Source of the DNA: Sphaerodactylus townsendi
Taxonomy: Eukaryota
Assembly (NCBI RefSeq): GCF_021028975.2
Contig: NC_059426.1
Span: 37,262,001-37,326,000 of the forward strand
DNA length: 64,000 nt
Reading direction: 5' to 3'
The notes under the pieces are model-generated. The model had not been told where the DNA came from, did no database searches, and saw nothing but the letters and a program-made list of their open reading frames with translations. Both the position numbers and the translations under genes were made by a program. Position 1 is the stretch's first letter. Every line of letters starts with the position of its first letter. This document shows positions 12,941-26,035 of this stretch, piece by piece.

Positions 12941-13166
12941 NNNNNNNNNNNNNNNNNNNNNNNNNNNNNNNNNNNNNNNNNNNNNNNNNNNNNNNNNNNN
13001 NNNNNNNNNNNNNNNNNNNNNNNNNNNNNNNNNNNNNNNNNNNNNNNNNNNNNNNNNNNNNNNNNNNNNNNNNNNNNNNNNNNNNNNNNNNNNNNNNNNN
13101 NNNNNNNNNNNNNNNNNNNNNNNNNNNNNNNNNNNNNNNNNNNNNNNNNNNNNNNNNNNNNNNNNN
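12941..13166. other. Assembly gap (226 N)
   Basis: N run adjoining the 3' tail end of a minus-strand L2. Confidence 0.98.
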
Positions 13167-13478
13167 ATCTCCGAAGGGCTCGAGGCGGCTCACAACATAC
13201 TGTGCACCAACAATCCATAAAATGCATAATAACAATCTCATTAAAACAATTAATTAAAATAATCAATTAATTTAAGAACAGCAGCAAATTACTTTAAAAC
13301 TAAACAAGATTAAGGCAAGCAAATTAACAACAGGCGCCCGATCTAAAGGCCGGGAGGGGAAAAGTGTCAGGGCCCAAGATGGAACCAAGGCCCTGCCAAG
13401 ATAGAAATAGGTAGCTTCAGCGGGGAGCGGCAAATCCGTGGCCAGCCTCCCCAAAAGCCCGGTGGAACAGCTCAGTTA
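13167..13478 (-). mobile_element. L2 LINE 3' end
   Basis: Reverse of TGTTGTGAGCCGCCTCGAGCCCTTCGGAGAT and GAGCTGTTCCACCGGGCTTTTGGGG, typical of lizard L2 3' ends. Confidence 0.7.
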
Positions 13479-13586
13479 CCATGGACATTCTCAGATGGGG
13501 TTGCCATATAGCCTAGAGGGAAAAAAAAGTTGTGTTAAACAGATGCTTAATGGGATGTTGTTTACTACAAGCTATCTACCTCTATG

Positions 13587-13790
13587 TAGGTTGCCAGCTC
13601 CTAGTTCAGAACTACCTGGAGATTTGGGGGGTGGAGCCTGAGGGAATGGGGCATGGGGAGGGGAGGCTCTCCAGTGCAGTATATTGTCTACCTTCTAAAG
13701 CGGCCATTTTCTCTAGGTGAACTGATCTCTGTTGCCTGGAGATCAGCTGTAATCCTAAGAGATCTCCAACTGCCACCTGGAAGTTGTGCC
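13587..13790. mobile_element. AGGGTTGCCA-terminus MITE (reverse orientation)
   Basis: TAGGTTGCCAGCTCC start; GCGGCCATTTTCTCTAGGTGAACTGATCTCTG body. Confidence 0.75.
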
Positions 13791-14493
13791 AAAAAAGGGC
13801 ATCTGAATAGAATTGTCTCGTAAGTCACCTTTATGTGTTTTATTTCTTGATAATTTTCACTAACTAATTCTTAGTATACATGCATAATCTCTAAACAATA
13901 TTCTCTAAGCATACAAATATATCATATGATAAGAATGATTCAAGGAATTGAAAGCAGACCTTTTCTCCAGGTAATGATCTTTTGCTCTGATGTTACCCTG
14001 GTACGTTATGTTGGTTTTTCACCATTTTTAATTTAAGTTGAAAGTCTTGAGGCCACTGAGAGTGGCCTGTTGTCTAAAGATCATATAACATAATGTAAAG
14101 GATGTTCAATTGGACAGTTGACCTATATTGCAGGGCAATAAATAATTGTTAAAATTGAAATGGCAAGCATTTCAGGACTATAACCTGCCCATGTTACTGT
14201 TTCTTCTACTTGACAATTGTTAGAATTATAGAAAGCAATCACAGTTCATCACTAAGGATAGTGAACCTATGCTTTCCAGGGTCAAGGTTGTCGCGTTAAA
14301 ATCTGTTCACTCTCAAACCCGTATGCTTGTGGCCTTTGCTGTAGAAAGTGAACTTGGTACATTTAACTGCCTCTGTTTCTTACCATTCTTTGTCAATGCA
14401 ATGGCAGCTGGTTTCTAGAGGGGAAAATCTAGATGTCTCGGAATTATTTGTAAATAATGATCTGCCTCATATTGGCCTTTTTTTGTTTTCCAG

Positions 14494-14625
14494 AGTGCTG
14501 CATTTCAATAGAAAGACTGGCCTTACAATAGCTATTTGGAAGCTTCTTAGTTCTTGTAGTAGTTCAGCCTTGAAAATGACAAAAACAGGACTGATACTAA
14601 AAATTTGCGAATGCCCAAACCTTTT
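14494..14625 (+). other. Candidate internal exon (132 nt), host gene unknown
   Basis: Acceptor TTTTTTTGTTTTCCAG, donor GTGAGT, length divisible by 3, one open frame (VLHFNRKTGLTIAIWKLL...); no protein recognised. Confidence 0.22.
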
Positions 14626-14649
14626 GTGAGTTTGGTAAGAAATTTTGAA

Positions 14650-14871
14650 TGGCTGTTGTGGGTTTTCCAGGCTGTGTGGCTGTAGTCTAGTGACTTTTGC
14701 TTGTAATGTTTTGCCCGCGTCTTTACAGGTATGTCATAGTAAGATGTGTTTCACTCTGTGCATCTTACCATGACATGCCTCTGAAGATGTCTGCCATAGA
14801 TACGGGTGAACAGTAACATCTACCAGGTTACGGCCACACAGCCCAGAAAACCCACAATGGCCAGTGAAAGC
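14650..14871. mobile_element. Palindromic Penelope-derived element (two inverted pLTR arms)
   Basis: Left arm TGGCTGTTGTGGGTTTTCCAGGCTGTGTGGC mirrors right arm GCCACACAGCCCAGAAAACCCACAATGGCCA; CCTCTGAAGATG at 14778-14789; same centre as 61913-62190. Confidence 0.75.
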
Positions 14872-15425
14872 TGGAACACATGAATTATAAGAAGTGTGAC
14901 TCATGGTGTTTCATGGAATTCTTTGTCACATGTCTGAATTAGTTTCCTGATCAACAAAATTTGAGAAAGCTTCAGAAACTTATACCTGCTGAACTTGTGC
15001 AGTCCAGTTACCAACATAACTCAGAATCTGCTGGTACTTTAATCTAATGACTACTTTGGCATGAAGGGTTGAAAACCAATGAAATCTTCCACAAATTGAA
15101 TGGGAGGTATAATTTTTGCCAGTTCCCTGTGACTGCTGCAGACCACCAATTTGCCCTTCATGCCATTCCTGAAGGTCTCCTGTCCCCCAGAAGCAGCATT
15201 TCAGGGAGATCAGTGGGCTGTAATAGAATGGGGGTGGGGCATGGAAGTTCTGTTCTGCTGATAGAAGTGCCCTCTGTTAGCAGAAACTTGGTCTGGATCC
15301 AACCCAGATTGTATTGCAAGTTGAGAAGAGTTGTCTTGCAGCTGAGTAAACAATTGTCATCAGAATTATTCCTTACTTAACTCTAGTTGAAATAAAAGTA
15401 ATCGGGTATGGCGAATCCTTTAATT

Positions 15426-15736
15426 CAGTGTTTCCCAACCTTTTTGAGGTCAGGGTACCCTTGACCTCTTCATATTTCACGGCACCCCTGCCATCCCACC
15501 CACCTTCCCCTCCCAATGCCCCTGCTAGCCACCCCCCTTCCCCTCCCAGGGTGAAGGGATGCACTGGGGGAGGGGGGAAGTGGCTGCTGACCTTGCGGCA
15601 GGCCCTGCCCCTGGGCCAGCTCCATGTCTTTGCTGGCACTGGTGGGAGACACCACAAAAATGAGGGGGGCTGCGGTACCCCTGGGACATTCTCACGGCAC
15701 CCCAGGGTACCACGGAACCCTGGTTGGGAATGGCTG
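15426..15736. mobile_element. hAT-Charlie-type MITE (311 bp)
   Basis: CAGTGTTTCCCAACC...GGTTGGGAATGGCTG; TSD CTTTAATT on both sides. Confidence 0.88.
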
Positions 15737-16399
15737 CTTTAATTATATCAGCCACATTCTGAAGAGCTATCATACTAATATTGTGTTAGCAATTAGAATT
15801 TACAATTTCTAAGCATTTTAATAGCTAACACCCAGGCTGCTTTACAAACTACTTTAGGGCCTTTTGCACACAAGCCACCTAGAATGTTTCCAGAATGTTT
15901 TAGATATCTCCCTTTTACCATGATGGGAATGGGGCGGTATATTTAATCTGATATATAAATAAACAAATGATTTGTGTCTGCACTCATCTCCTCCAAATGT
16001 TTCATGGTTGCCATGAAGGATTTAATTTTTTTCCTTATTCACTGAAATGATGCTTCATTGATTCATTACTTCAATACTCTGTTACTCCATTTAATCAATG
16101 CTTTGATTAAACGAGAACAAAACAACAACAAACAAAAAACCCACACAGAATAATGAAAATAAAAAGACAAAGGGACAAAGAGTTCAGGGATGCAAGAAAA
16201 ATAGTGCCAGAGTTGGGTGATGGCACAGAGGTATGGAAAATGGCAGCGGGAAAGATAAAACATCTTAAATATGACTGTACAGTGAGGGAAACTGGCTTTG
16301 GAAATGTTTGATTTGCATACACAGTTGTAAAAATGTTTTCGGAAACCATGGAGAAGAAGCTGGGCTCCATAGGGCAGCAAGGCACCACTGACCTGCCAG

Positions 16400-16760
16400 G
16401 CCAGCTTGCTTTGGAGGGATGGGAGAGAGTGGGCAGGGGGATGGACAGGCTGGTGGTGGGCTCAACAGAGCAGTGGGCAGCAAGGTACCACTGCCTAACT
16501 GGTTGGAGTTGTCTTTGGAGGTGATTGTGGGTGGGAGAATAGAGGGGCTTCTGATGAGCCCTAGCTTCGTGGGGGGGTTGGGGGGTGGGAGAGGGCAGAT
16601 GGTGGAATGGGGAGGTTTGGGCCTGGTGAGGCAGCCCATCACTGCCCCAGCAGGCCAGCTTGTTGTTTGGGGTGGGGGAGGTTCCTGGGTTGGGGGAAGG
16701 CAGCCGGAGATGGGTAGAATGTTGCCCATTGGTTGGGGGTTCATCAAGGGGCCCTTCCAT
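16400..16760 (+). repeat. G-rich tract with G-quadruplex-forming potential
   Basis: Multiple G3-G7 runs, e.g. GGGGGGGTTGGGGGTGGGAGAGGG at ~16571-16594. Confidence 0.5.
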
Positions 16761-17470
16761 CCCTTAATGAATTGTGTATAAGAATTGGCCACTGAGGTTC
16801 ATATAAAGCTAGATTATCAACTCTTAATTTTTCTTGAATGACTTTCCCATTCATACTACTCTATAATTCATATTTTATGGAAACATTAAATATTAATCAT
16901 TAATGTTTAGTTCTCTGAAAATTAAATGTTCATTCTCTGGTTTACTGTGGCAGCTCATTTTGCAGAAATGCTCAAGTGCAGTGTTAATATAGTAAATAGG
17001 AAAACTACAATACAGTAGGGAGGAACAAGCCAATAGTGTCCACCACTGAATGACCTCACCTCACAAAAGGAATGGCCTTAGTGATTCTGGGGCTCTGGGC
17101 AAAAGTCCAGGATGGGCCCCCAGAATAATTGCTACTTGCCCTCCTTGCTGAAGCCAAGCAAGAGGTTGTCTTGATCCCACTCAAGGTGGGCAAAAGCTGC
17201 TACCACAACCCACCTTCCCAAACAGGGTAGGCACAAATGATGGTAGAAAACTGCTTTCCTCCTCTTCCCTTTCAAGGTAGTGGAGCCATGAGGGAAAGGG
17301 GCCCCTTGAACAAAGGGCACATGGCAGATACATCTGTTGCTCATTGGCTAAGACTGCCCATACCTGACTTTACTACATTTCTTTTTTGTGTGCATGCAAA
17401 GGGAAGGCATGAGGCATAGCAACTGTACCCTGCTGTCTGTCCAAAAGGCTGCAAAACAAACAACAATAAT

Positions 17471-17701
17471 AACATAAGAACTAGCCTGCTGGATCAGACC
17501 AGAGTCCATCTAGTCAAGCACTCTGCTATTTGCAGTGGCCCACCAGGTGTCTTTGGGAGCTCACATGCAGGATGTGAAAGCAATGGCCTGCTGCTGCTGC
17601 TGCTCCTGAGCACCTGGTCTGCTAAGGCATTTGCAATCTGAGATCAAGGAGGATCAAGATTGGTAGCCATAGATCGACTTCTCCTCCATAAATCTGTCCA
17701 A
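17471..17701 (-). mobile_element. CR1 LINE 3' end
   Basis: AACATAAGAA tail, GCCTGCTGGATCAGACC...CCATCTAGTC, and CCATAAATCTGTC (ORF2 end) in reverse. Confidence 0.8.
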
Positions 17702-18960
17702 TAAAAAATAGCTCTGCCAGGCTCTTGCACTGATCAGCTTCATGATCTACCTGCAGGCCCTATGACTTATCCTGGGGTTAAAGACCACTATAGTAAGCAA
17801 CTGGTGGATCCCCGCCACAAAAAACATGTTGCGCTATCTGTGTGGTCAAATACTCCCGGACAAATGTTTACAGCAGGAATGCCAGGCTACAAAGTGCATG
17901 CCAGTGAAATCAGAAGGATATGTTTTTCATTTGTGTAAATGTAAAACCTAATTGAATGATAGTTGCAATGTGGTTATTGTTGCCTTCCAAAATTAGGAAA
18001 TAGATTAAAGTGTGAATTAGTAGCAGTGGAATTAATGGCAGAGCTACTCAATCCATTTCAATGGAGCTGGTGCAGGTCTCCTACACAAGCTGTAATAGTA
18101 TGAATTAGGGGTGTGCTAGACCAGTGTTTGGTGAGTTACTCCTTTAGTTAGTAGCATACAGCTATCTAAGAAATTATTGGTGCCATGAATTAGGATTAAT
18201 TACATCAACAGAAGGACGTGCTGATAATTTTCTTAGTTGTGCAGGTTAATTAAACCCAATTTATGCACTGCGGTAATATATTTCAGAAAACTGAAACACG
18301 CATTGTTATATATTTGAAATAAGTAGCTTCATCTCAGACTGAATGGCAAAAGCATTTTAACAAAGCCTTTGGAATTTCATTTTTCAGGTACACAGCTGTA
18401 TAATTACACAGTGTGCAGACTATATTCTGCATTTGCTACAGGGTTTTAGGATTATTTAACAATTATTTAACAACATTTTGTATGATGACGGTGGTCTTGC
18501 ATACCAATTCAGTAGCATTTTAATGAATGTTCAGCTGGCCATTATAACCATTAGTAACAGTTGGAGGAACTGGAAAGGCTGAATTAAACGGGGATGGAAG
18601 AAGTGAGGTGCTCCTTGTGTACGGTCTTGTATATTCATAAATGTTTGTACACCATCACAATCTAAACGGCAAACAGTTTTGATGAGAAATACTCCCAACT
18701 GTTTTCCAGAGAAATAACCTCCTTTGTCTCCTTAGCACCCATTGATTTTTCCTTCAAGGGTACATTAACAATGCTGATAAAAGCTATGCAGTTAGCATCT
18801 ACATTTAGCAGGGGAAAGTGCTAAAGTCAAAAGCGATGCGCCTCTAATATCTACACAATATTTTGCAGTAGTGCCATATTTGAAGCTGGGAAAACTGAAG
18901 AGTACAAAATACTGAAAAATGTAGGGGGTTTGGGGGGAAACAAAGAACAAACGATGCAAA

Positions 18961-19093
18961 NNNNNNNNNNNNNNNNNNNNNNNNNNNNNNNNNNNNNNNN
19001 NNNNNNNNNNNNNNNNNNNNNNNNNNNNNNNNNNNNNNNNNNNNNNNNNNNNNNNNNNNNNNNNNNNNNNNNNNNNNNNNNNNNNNNNNNNNN
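18961..19093. other. Assembly gap (133 N)
   Basis: N run. Confidence 0.98.
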
Positions 19094-20431
19094 TTTTCTG
19101 TTGATAGATAAATGAAAGGCTATATATTTATGGCTTTTTGTGGTTTTTTATTTATGTCTTTTCTAGGGGAAAAAAAGCATGGCTTCTGAAACAGTGTTTT
19201 TAGTTTCCTTTTTTGGTACTTAAGGCTTTTAAAAGCTGTGTATTAATGAATATTTTACTGCATACTACCAAGTACAAAATAACTGGCAGTACATTGGGGA
19301 TAGTAAATGTGCATTAAATTATTTTTTTCCTGCATACTGTGGGAAGATTTTAGGTTAAAAACTTGAGGGATGCCAATCTGAACAAGCCAAGCTTTATTAA
19401 TGCTACATTATAGCAAATAGTCAGATACGATCTTTTCCTACCATCTTGGTACAGAGCTGATGCAGCAGTGTCATTTCCTTCTATCTAGTAAAATAAGCAA
19501 AAATAAAATGCCCTCAATTATAACAAACTACAAACCCGAATGTTTCTAGTGATAAGGTAAGTAATGACAATACTGAGGAGGAAATGTAATTTTAGAAGCC
19601 TGTGTTAAATTGTTTACACTGCCATGCCTTGATTTTGTTATGGGATATAGCCAACAATGTATGCCGCTGGAGGTGAGCTTAGAAAATTCAGTGTTACATC
19701 CTGAGTTCCTAGTTCCGATCCACCCTAAAGGATGTGCAGTAGCAAGCTAGAACAGATATCACGTGAAGTCAGTAGAAGACTGGCTTGGTGCTGCTAATTT
19801 CCCTCCTGCCCGCTCACCCCAAGATATTGTCTGATTACGAATACCGTAGCTTTGTACTTATTAAGATGAGGCAATATTTTTGTTGACTGTTATTAAAAAC
19901 CATCTCAGCATTTTAAAAAAGTGTTTGCTATAAACTGCCTTGGAATATTGGCCAATCTACTGCACCCTTGATGATTGGCCAAGATAAATAATTCCATGTG
20001 GCAGCTCATGTCCCAAGGTTCATGCATAGCAGCTCATCAGCTGATTCAGTACAGCTACAAATGCCACACAGTTATAGTAACCTCATGGAACAATTTAACG
20101 TGTCCTCCACATGGTGGCACTAATGTGTATGACTAGCATAAAAGTGCTATATTTGGGATTCCCATTTTCTTGATAGCATGTTAAAGGTCAACGCAAGCTG
20201 TATCAAATAATTAGCATTTGATTAAAATCAGATTTTAATTGCTCTAACCACCATTCCATAACGCTAGAATAGAGAAGAACAATAATGTTAGTCACCAAGC
20301 CAAATTAATAAAACTTTCCTTAGGTGATGTTCATAAATAAAGCCTAAAATAAAGTTTTAGAACAGGCTTAAAGCAAGCTTAAAACAACATCCTGTGTGAG
20401 AATCAAACTCCTTTAAGACTTGACAATAGAC

Positions 20432-20864
20432 CAGTGATAGCGAACCTTTTCGAGACCGAGTGCCCAAATTGCAACTCAAAACCCACTTATTTATCACAAA
20501 GTGCCAACATGACAATTTAACCTGAATACTGAGGTTTTCGTTTAAAAAAAAAAACTGTTGACTCAGAGGCATGCATTACTTGGGAGTAAGCTTGGTGGTA
20601 GTTGGTGGCTTTGCTTTGAAGCAACTCCCAGGTAAAAGATCGTGCTTTAGTTCTTCGCATGAAAATCAGTGGGGTTTAACAGTGCTTAACAGGGTTACCT
20701 ACACTGCTTCCCCAAAACTAGGTCTTAGATTTAATGCTTATAATCGAGCCCAGTGGCCCAGGCCAGCCTAGATGTGTGGGGGGTGGGTGTGTGGGTAGGT
20801 GGGGGCGACTCTGTTTGCATGTGCCCACAGAGAGGGCTCTGAGTGCCACCTCTGGCACCCGTGC
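20432..20864. mobile_element. hAT MITE (CAGTGATGGCGAACCT family), one terminus lost
   Basis: Left TIR CAGTGATAGCGAACCT; body matches other copies; last ~20 bp and TSD missing. Confidence 0.85.
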
Positions 20865-21309
20865 TGGCATCCCTAGAATAAAAGCATCATATTGACCAGA
20901 AAGCATTCTTGCACCTTTACAACAGGAAATATACAAAAGAGGCATTAGACAATAATGGGGATAAGACTACTGTAACCTTTGAACTCTAGTTATAGGGTTG
21001 ATCAGGAATATTAAAACTCTGAGCATTCCAGGCCATTATTGGCATGATCTTGCAAGCCATAAACTCTCTCCTGCTTTGACTGTCATCTAGGTCAGTCAGA
21101 TAGTTAGCAAAAGAAGACTGGTTTTTACAATGGGAACCATAGAGAAAAGTTAGTGAGTTTCTACTGTAAGAAAATTCTAATATAAGAAAAATACTTTCTG
21201 ATACTAATGTCGAATTGAGATTTGGCTTCAGAAGGATTAAGCAAACATTAAAATATCCAGAAAGACAATATTGAACTAGGCTAAAGATTTAACTGAAGTA
21301 TTTTGAAGG

Positions 21310-21440
21310 GAGATGTATTTGGAAGGAATACCAAGATTGTGACACAAAGGCAGGCAATGGGAAACCACCTCTGAATGTCTCTTGGCTTGAAAACCCTACA
21401 GGATTGCCATAAATCATCTGTGACTTGACGGCAAAAAACA
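21310..21440 (+). mobile_element. SINE 3' part with RTE-type tail
   Basis: GGCAGGCAATGGGAAACCACCTCTG...TTGAAAACCCT...GCCATAAATCATCTGTGACTTGACGGCA. Confidence 0.65.
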
Positions 21441-21750
21441 CAAAAGAAACTAGGTAGCACAGTTCCCAGGTGCCCGTTAATGGCAGGCAATCACAGATTC
21501 CTGCCGTTGCCTCCCTTCACTTACCTGATTTGTAGGTGGAAGCATGCTGTCTGAAAGGGGAGGAGCAATTGGCACTCTAGAAACCATAGTTTTAGGTCAA
21601 GTGCTGGAGAGTCCCCCAGTGCGATGCCAGAGCTTCCGCTTCACACTGGAAGTGGCATAATCATATGCATGTCCTAATCACCACCCCCTGTATCCCCTGC
21701 CAATCTCCCACTAATTGCTAGGAAGTACATATATACATATGCATGTATGT

Positions 21751-21906
21751 AACAATCAGGACATATGAAAGTGCTGTAATACACACACACTCTTTATCTA
21801 TATACACACATGCCTACTTATATGTGTATCATATATAAGTAGGCATATGTGTATATAGATATGTGTGAGTGTATATATTACAGCACTTTCATATGTCCTG
21901 ATTGTT
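21751..21906. repeat. 156-bp fold-back inverted repeat
   Basis: Perfect 30-bp outer arms (AACAATCAGGACATATGAAAGTGCTGTAAT at 21751-21780, reverse complement at 21877-21906) plus imperfect inner arms. Confidence 0.9.
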
Positions 21907-23299
21907 CTACAAGCTAGTATCAAGGGGCATGAAAGAGGAAGTCCTCTTAGTCACTATGACAGATATGTGTTTGGGGACCCCAGATGGTAAAGTGCCACCT
22001 CTCTGTGTGCATTTACACATATAGACAGTGTCCAGATCTGGAAACTGGGCCCTTGGTGACTGGCTGCTGCTACAAGTGCCCATGCTGGTATGGAGGGGGG
22101 CATTCCAGGGGTGTTTCCTGGGGGCGGAGCTGACTTTAGTCAGCTGCTAAGGGACTTTCAACTCAGAAACACACACCCCTTCAGTAGCACAGACTTAAGT
22201 CACCAAAAAAGGTGGCATAAGTTATTTTTTACTATGGGCTTTCCTGGGGCTGCCAATTGCTTCTTTGGAGGAAGCGGGGTGGCAACGTCCCCAGTGGCCA
22301 CTGTACCACCTCCTGCTTCGGATTGGGCTTTCCAGGTAGAAAACAAATTTTGTAGTAAACAGAACAAAATGTATTATTTGGACAGAAACTCATACAGTCA
22401 CGACATATTTACACATTAAGTTTATAACACTGAAAACACTGAATTCTTTAGTAATATAATTGTTTAGTGTTTAATTACATATTATAACATATTTTTTTAA
22501 CTAAAAACCCAGAAAAAAAGAACAAGGGGGAAAAAATTAAAATCTAGCAACTAAATAAGCTTTAACAACAGCACAAAGACAAAAGGAAAGACAAAATAAT
22601 ATGACAACAGTGGTGGCCCATCTACACATACAGTTCTTTAAACAGTTTCTGAATATTTAAAAATAAGTCGATACACAATTTCTGTCTGTATGCCATACAG
22701 TATAGCTTCTACCTCCATGTAGAATGCTAAAATTATTTACATTTAAAGATTAAAAGTATTGAAAATGTTATATGTGTCTACAGTGTATATTGGCATTATT
22801 ATATAATATTTTCTTATATCTCTTACTAAAAAATGTCAACATATTCATTTTGAGTAAAACCTTATCTTCAGTTTCACACATTCCCAAGGCACTCCTCCCC
22901 AAAAAACCCCAAAAGCTTTTTTCTGTGTTCCACAATTTTTCCACAGGAAAACCCCCTGAAAAAGTCCTCAGACATCTTCATGCGGTACATTTTGGGTATT
23001 TAGAGAATGTACATAAGGAGTGTTCCACTTATTCTAAAAGAAAGAAAAATTATAGCAATTTTTTTTCAGTCTTCCCCCAAATTTCTCAATTTTTCCATTG
23101 AAAAACTGGGGGAAGGAGCTTAGGAAAAATGTGAAGAAACATTTCCCCATTTTTTTCTGGGCATTCACATCTCTAGTTCAGCATTCTGCTTAATATAGCA
23201 TCCATCTAACTAACAGGATAAAGAGGCCAAGACAAACCCTTGATGGTGCCTCATAGTGAATTTTGTTGCCTCTGTATAGGGATGTTTTCTTTCCTTACC

Positions 23300-23551
23300 A
23301 GTGGTTAAGAGCAGGTGGATTCTAATCTGGAGAATCGGGTTTGATTCCCCACTCCTCCACCTGAGTGGCAGAAGGTTATCTAGTGAACCACATGTGTTTC
23401 CGCACTCCTACATTCCTGCTGGCTGACCTTGGGCTAGTCACAGTTCTTCAGAACTCTCTCAGCCCCACCTACTTCACAAGGTGTCTGTTGTGGGGAGAGA
23501 AAGGGAAAGGAGCTTGTAAGTCACCTTGAGTCTCCTTACAGGAGAGAAAGG
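23300..23551 (+). mobile_element. Squam3-like tRNA/CORE SINE
   Basis: AGTGGTTAAGAGCAGG head, GGTTTGATTCCC B-box, TGACCTTGGGCTAGTCAC core; tail runs into an N gap. Confidence 0.85.
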
Positions 23552-23681
23552 NNNNNNNNNNNNNNNNNNNNNNNNNNNNNNNNNNNNNNNNNNNNNNNNN
23601 NNNNNNNNNNNNNNNNNNNNNNNNNNNNNNNNNNNNNNNNNNNNNNNNNNNNNNNNNNNNNNNNNNNNNNNNNNNNNNNNN
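23552..23681. other. Assembly gap (130 N)
   Basis: N run at the expected position of the SINE tail. Confidence 0.98.
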
Positions 23682-23699
23682 TCCATGAATCTAATACCC

Positions 23700-24260
23700 T
23701 CTTCTGAATGAGTCTTTCCTTGATAACCCTACAGAGTTGCTGAAAGTCGGCTTCGACAATGACCAAAAAAAGAGAGTAATATTGGTTCTTCTAGTAACCT
23801 TAAAACATCTTGGAAGATGATTTCATCCATATGCTTTTTAGTAAAATTGTTGTGTCTAATATTTATATCTTGAGAGTGGGAGTAGGGAGGATGGAAAAAG
23901 TGGTAACAGGTACTGCTTAGTTTAGATGGTAAAAACTTTCCAGTCAAATGTTGATGATTTTGTGCCCTTTTTCATTGGTGCCAGTCTATGAGGCACTTTT
24001 ACTTGTGTTTCTTCTCTGTATGACCAACAGCTGATTGTTATACTGAAACATTCCTTTAATTGGCAAGCATCTCTGTTTATGGAACAGCCTTGAAATCTGT
24101 TTCCTCCCTTCTGCACAAAGTAACTGGAATCTACTGGACTGGAGTTACATTTAGGAAGTTTTTGTATGGTTCTTTGTAATAGGGATGGATGTCCAGGAAG
24201 GGTTGGACCTGGTAATCTTCGGCTACTCCTCAAACCAGTGTTTGAATATTTTGTTTGTTT
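23700..24260 (-). mobile_element. Possible decayed L1 ORF1 C-terminal fragment
   Basis: Frameshifted minus-strand peptides loosely resembling L1 ORF1 motifs ('VDSSYFVQK', 'W..KFLPSKL'). Confidence 0.35.
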
Positions 24261-24759
24261 ATTTTACTTTGCCCTTTGAGATGATTTGTTCCAGCTTCAT
24301 GTCATCTTTGGGAATACTTTTTAAAATAGCTGATGGACCGGTTTCTCCAGAAAAATAAAAGATGCAACTTTTTATAATGATTTAGATAGAACTGTTAAGC
24401 ATTTTTTTTGTTAAGTTTTCTTCCCCAAGAACAATATATAATTATGTCCTTTGATTTTATCTTAACTTGATACAGCTTCCTGGTTCTCAGAGAATTTTGG
24501 CAGCTGTTTCTTTTTATTGCAGGTGAACATTTATACTTAATTTGAATGTACTTAGAGGAAAATATGATGCAACCCAAACATTTCCAGCGATCTGATTATC
24601 CAAAAAGGAGAAAAATGTCTTTTGCTTGCTAGAGTGTATTTTATTGCTTCAGGTAGGGTGTTGCCACATTTCAGGTAGAACAATTTCTGCCTTGTATTTT
24701 GCAAGTCACATACTTCACCTGGGTTGGTTTTGGTCACGTGAACAGGCATGTTTACTGGT

Positions 24760-24915
24760 NNNNNNNNNNNNNNNNNNNNNNNNNNNNNNNNNNNNNNNNN
24801 NNNNNNNNNNNNNNNNNNNNNNNNNNNNNNNNNNNNNNNNNNNNNNNNNNNNNNNNNNNNNNNNNNNNNNNNNNNNNNNNNNNNNNNNNNNNNNNNNNNN
24901 NNNNNNNNNNNNNNN
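24760..24915. other. Assembly gap (156 N)
   Basis: N run. Confidence 0.98.
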
Positions 24916-26035
24916 GAGAGGTTGTGTTAGAGAGATTTTTAGGTGTTTCCACAAACAGAGCGTTTCGAATACTTGCCTTGGATTATGCTTCCTTGATAGC
25001 TTTTGATAATAGACATCTGCTGACCTCTGAGGTCACTAAAGCTGGGACGCAGTAATATGTGTTCTTTCATTCCTCTTAACTGAGAGAAAGAAATATCACG
25101 GCTGCTTGTTTTGGAGTGCTGTCACTGTGCTGTATCGACAGGATAATGGCTACTTCCTGATTAAACCACTATCCACAGTAAGCTCTTCATATTACATCTC
25201 TGTTTGCCTTTGAAAGGAAGAGTGCTTAGTGTTTTTCTTTTAATTTTTTTAAAAAATGTTTATGGGATATGGGTTAAAGGCTTACATATAACAAGAGATT
25301 TCCTCTGTTTTAATTTCTTCTTTTTCAAGTAAGGGAATTGTGTGCATGTCTGGCTGTTCCTTTATGTTTAATGTTTAAAATCCGTCTGTCTTTCAACTTG
25401 TGTGTAAACTACATGAGCATTTGAACCATGTATTTTTCACATTTTGTGAGCAGAGTAAACATGAATTTTTAGGCAGTAAGTTCTGTCATCATCCATGGAA
25501 AAAATATTGATCCATTACAATTCTGGGCTAAAAGCACTTTCAGGTGTAAAATTACATTCTAATTTGTATTTTATTCATATTTTTTATATTGTTGTGTTCT
25601 GTAAGTATAGAATTTGGAAAAATTAGGGTGGATTGAATATAAGATTTAACTTTTGTCACCAGAATGCCATACTACTCTCTGAACATCAGTCTAGCTATGA
25701 TCTAGCCGAAGTGTTAATTTTAATTTAACATATTAGAATTAAAAATTCAGGTTCATTAAAAAGGACGCCTGCTTTAGTAGGATTGTACCCATAATTGTAC
25801 ACAAATTTGTTAACAGTTTGACATTTTTAAACATATATGTGAAGTCTGATGGTTGAATGTCAGTTCTTTTATACCAACTTTAAGCCAAACTAACTTGATA
25901 GAATTGCTAGAATAAAAAGGGTACATTGTACTAAATGGGACAGACTTTGTCACTGAAGATAATAAACATGATTTTCATCAGATAAAAACTGATAACATTT
26001 TCTTATTGATTTATTGATTACACTTGACTAAAGGT

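Noticed and set aside
16107-16792. 217-aa and 175-aa proline-rich minus-strand ORFs
   Set aside because: Open in several frames because of C-rich composition; no domain, splice context or homology recognised.
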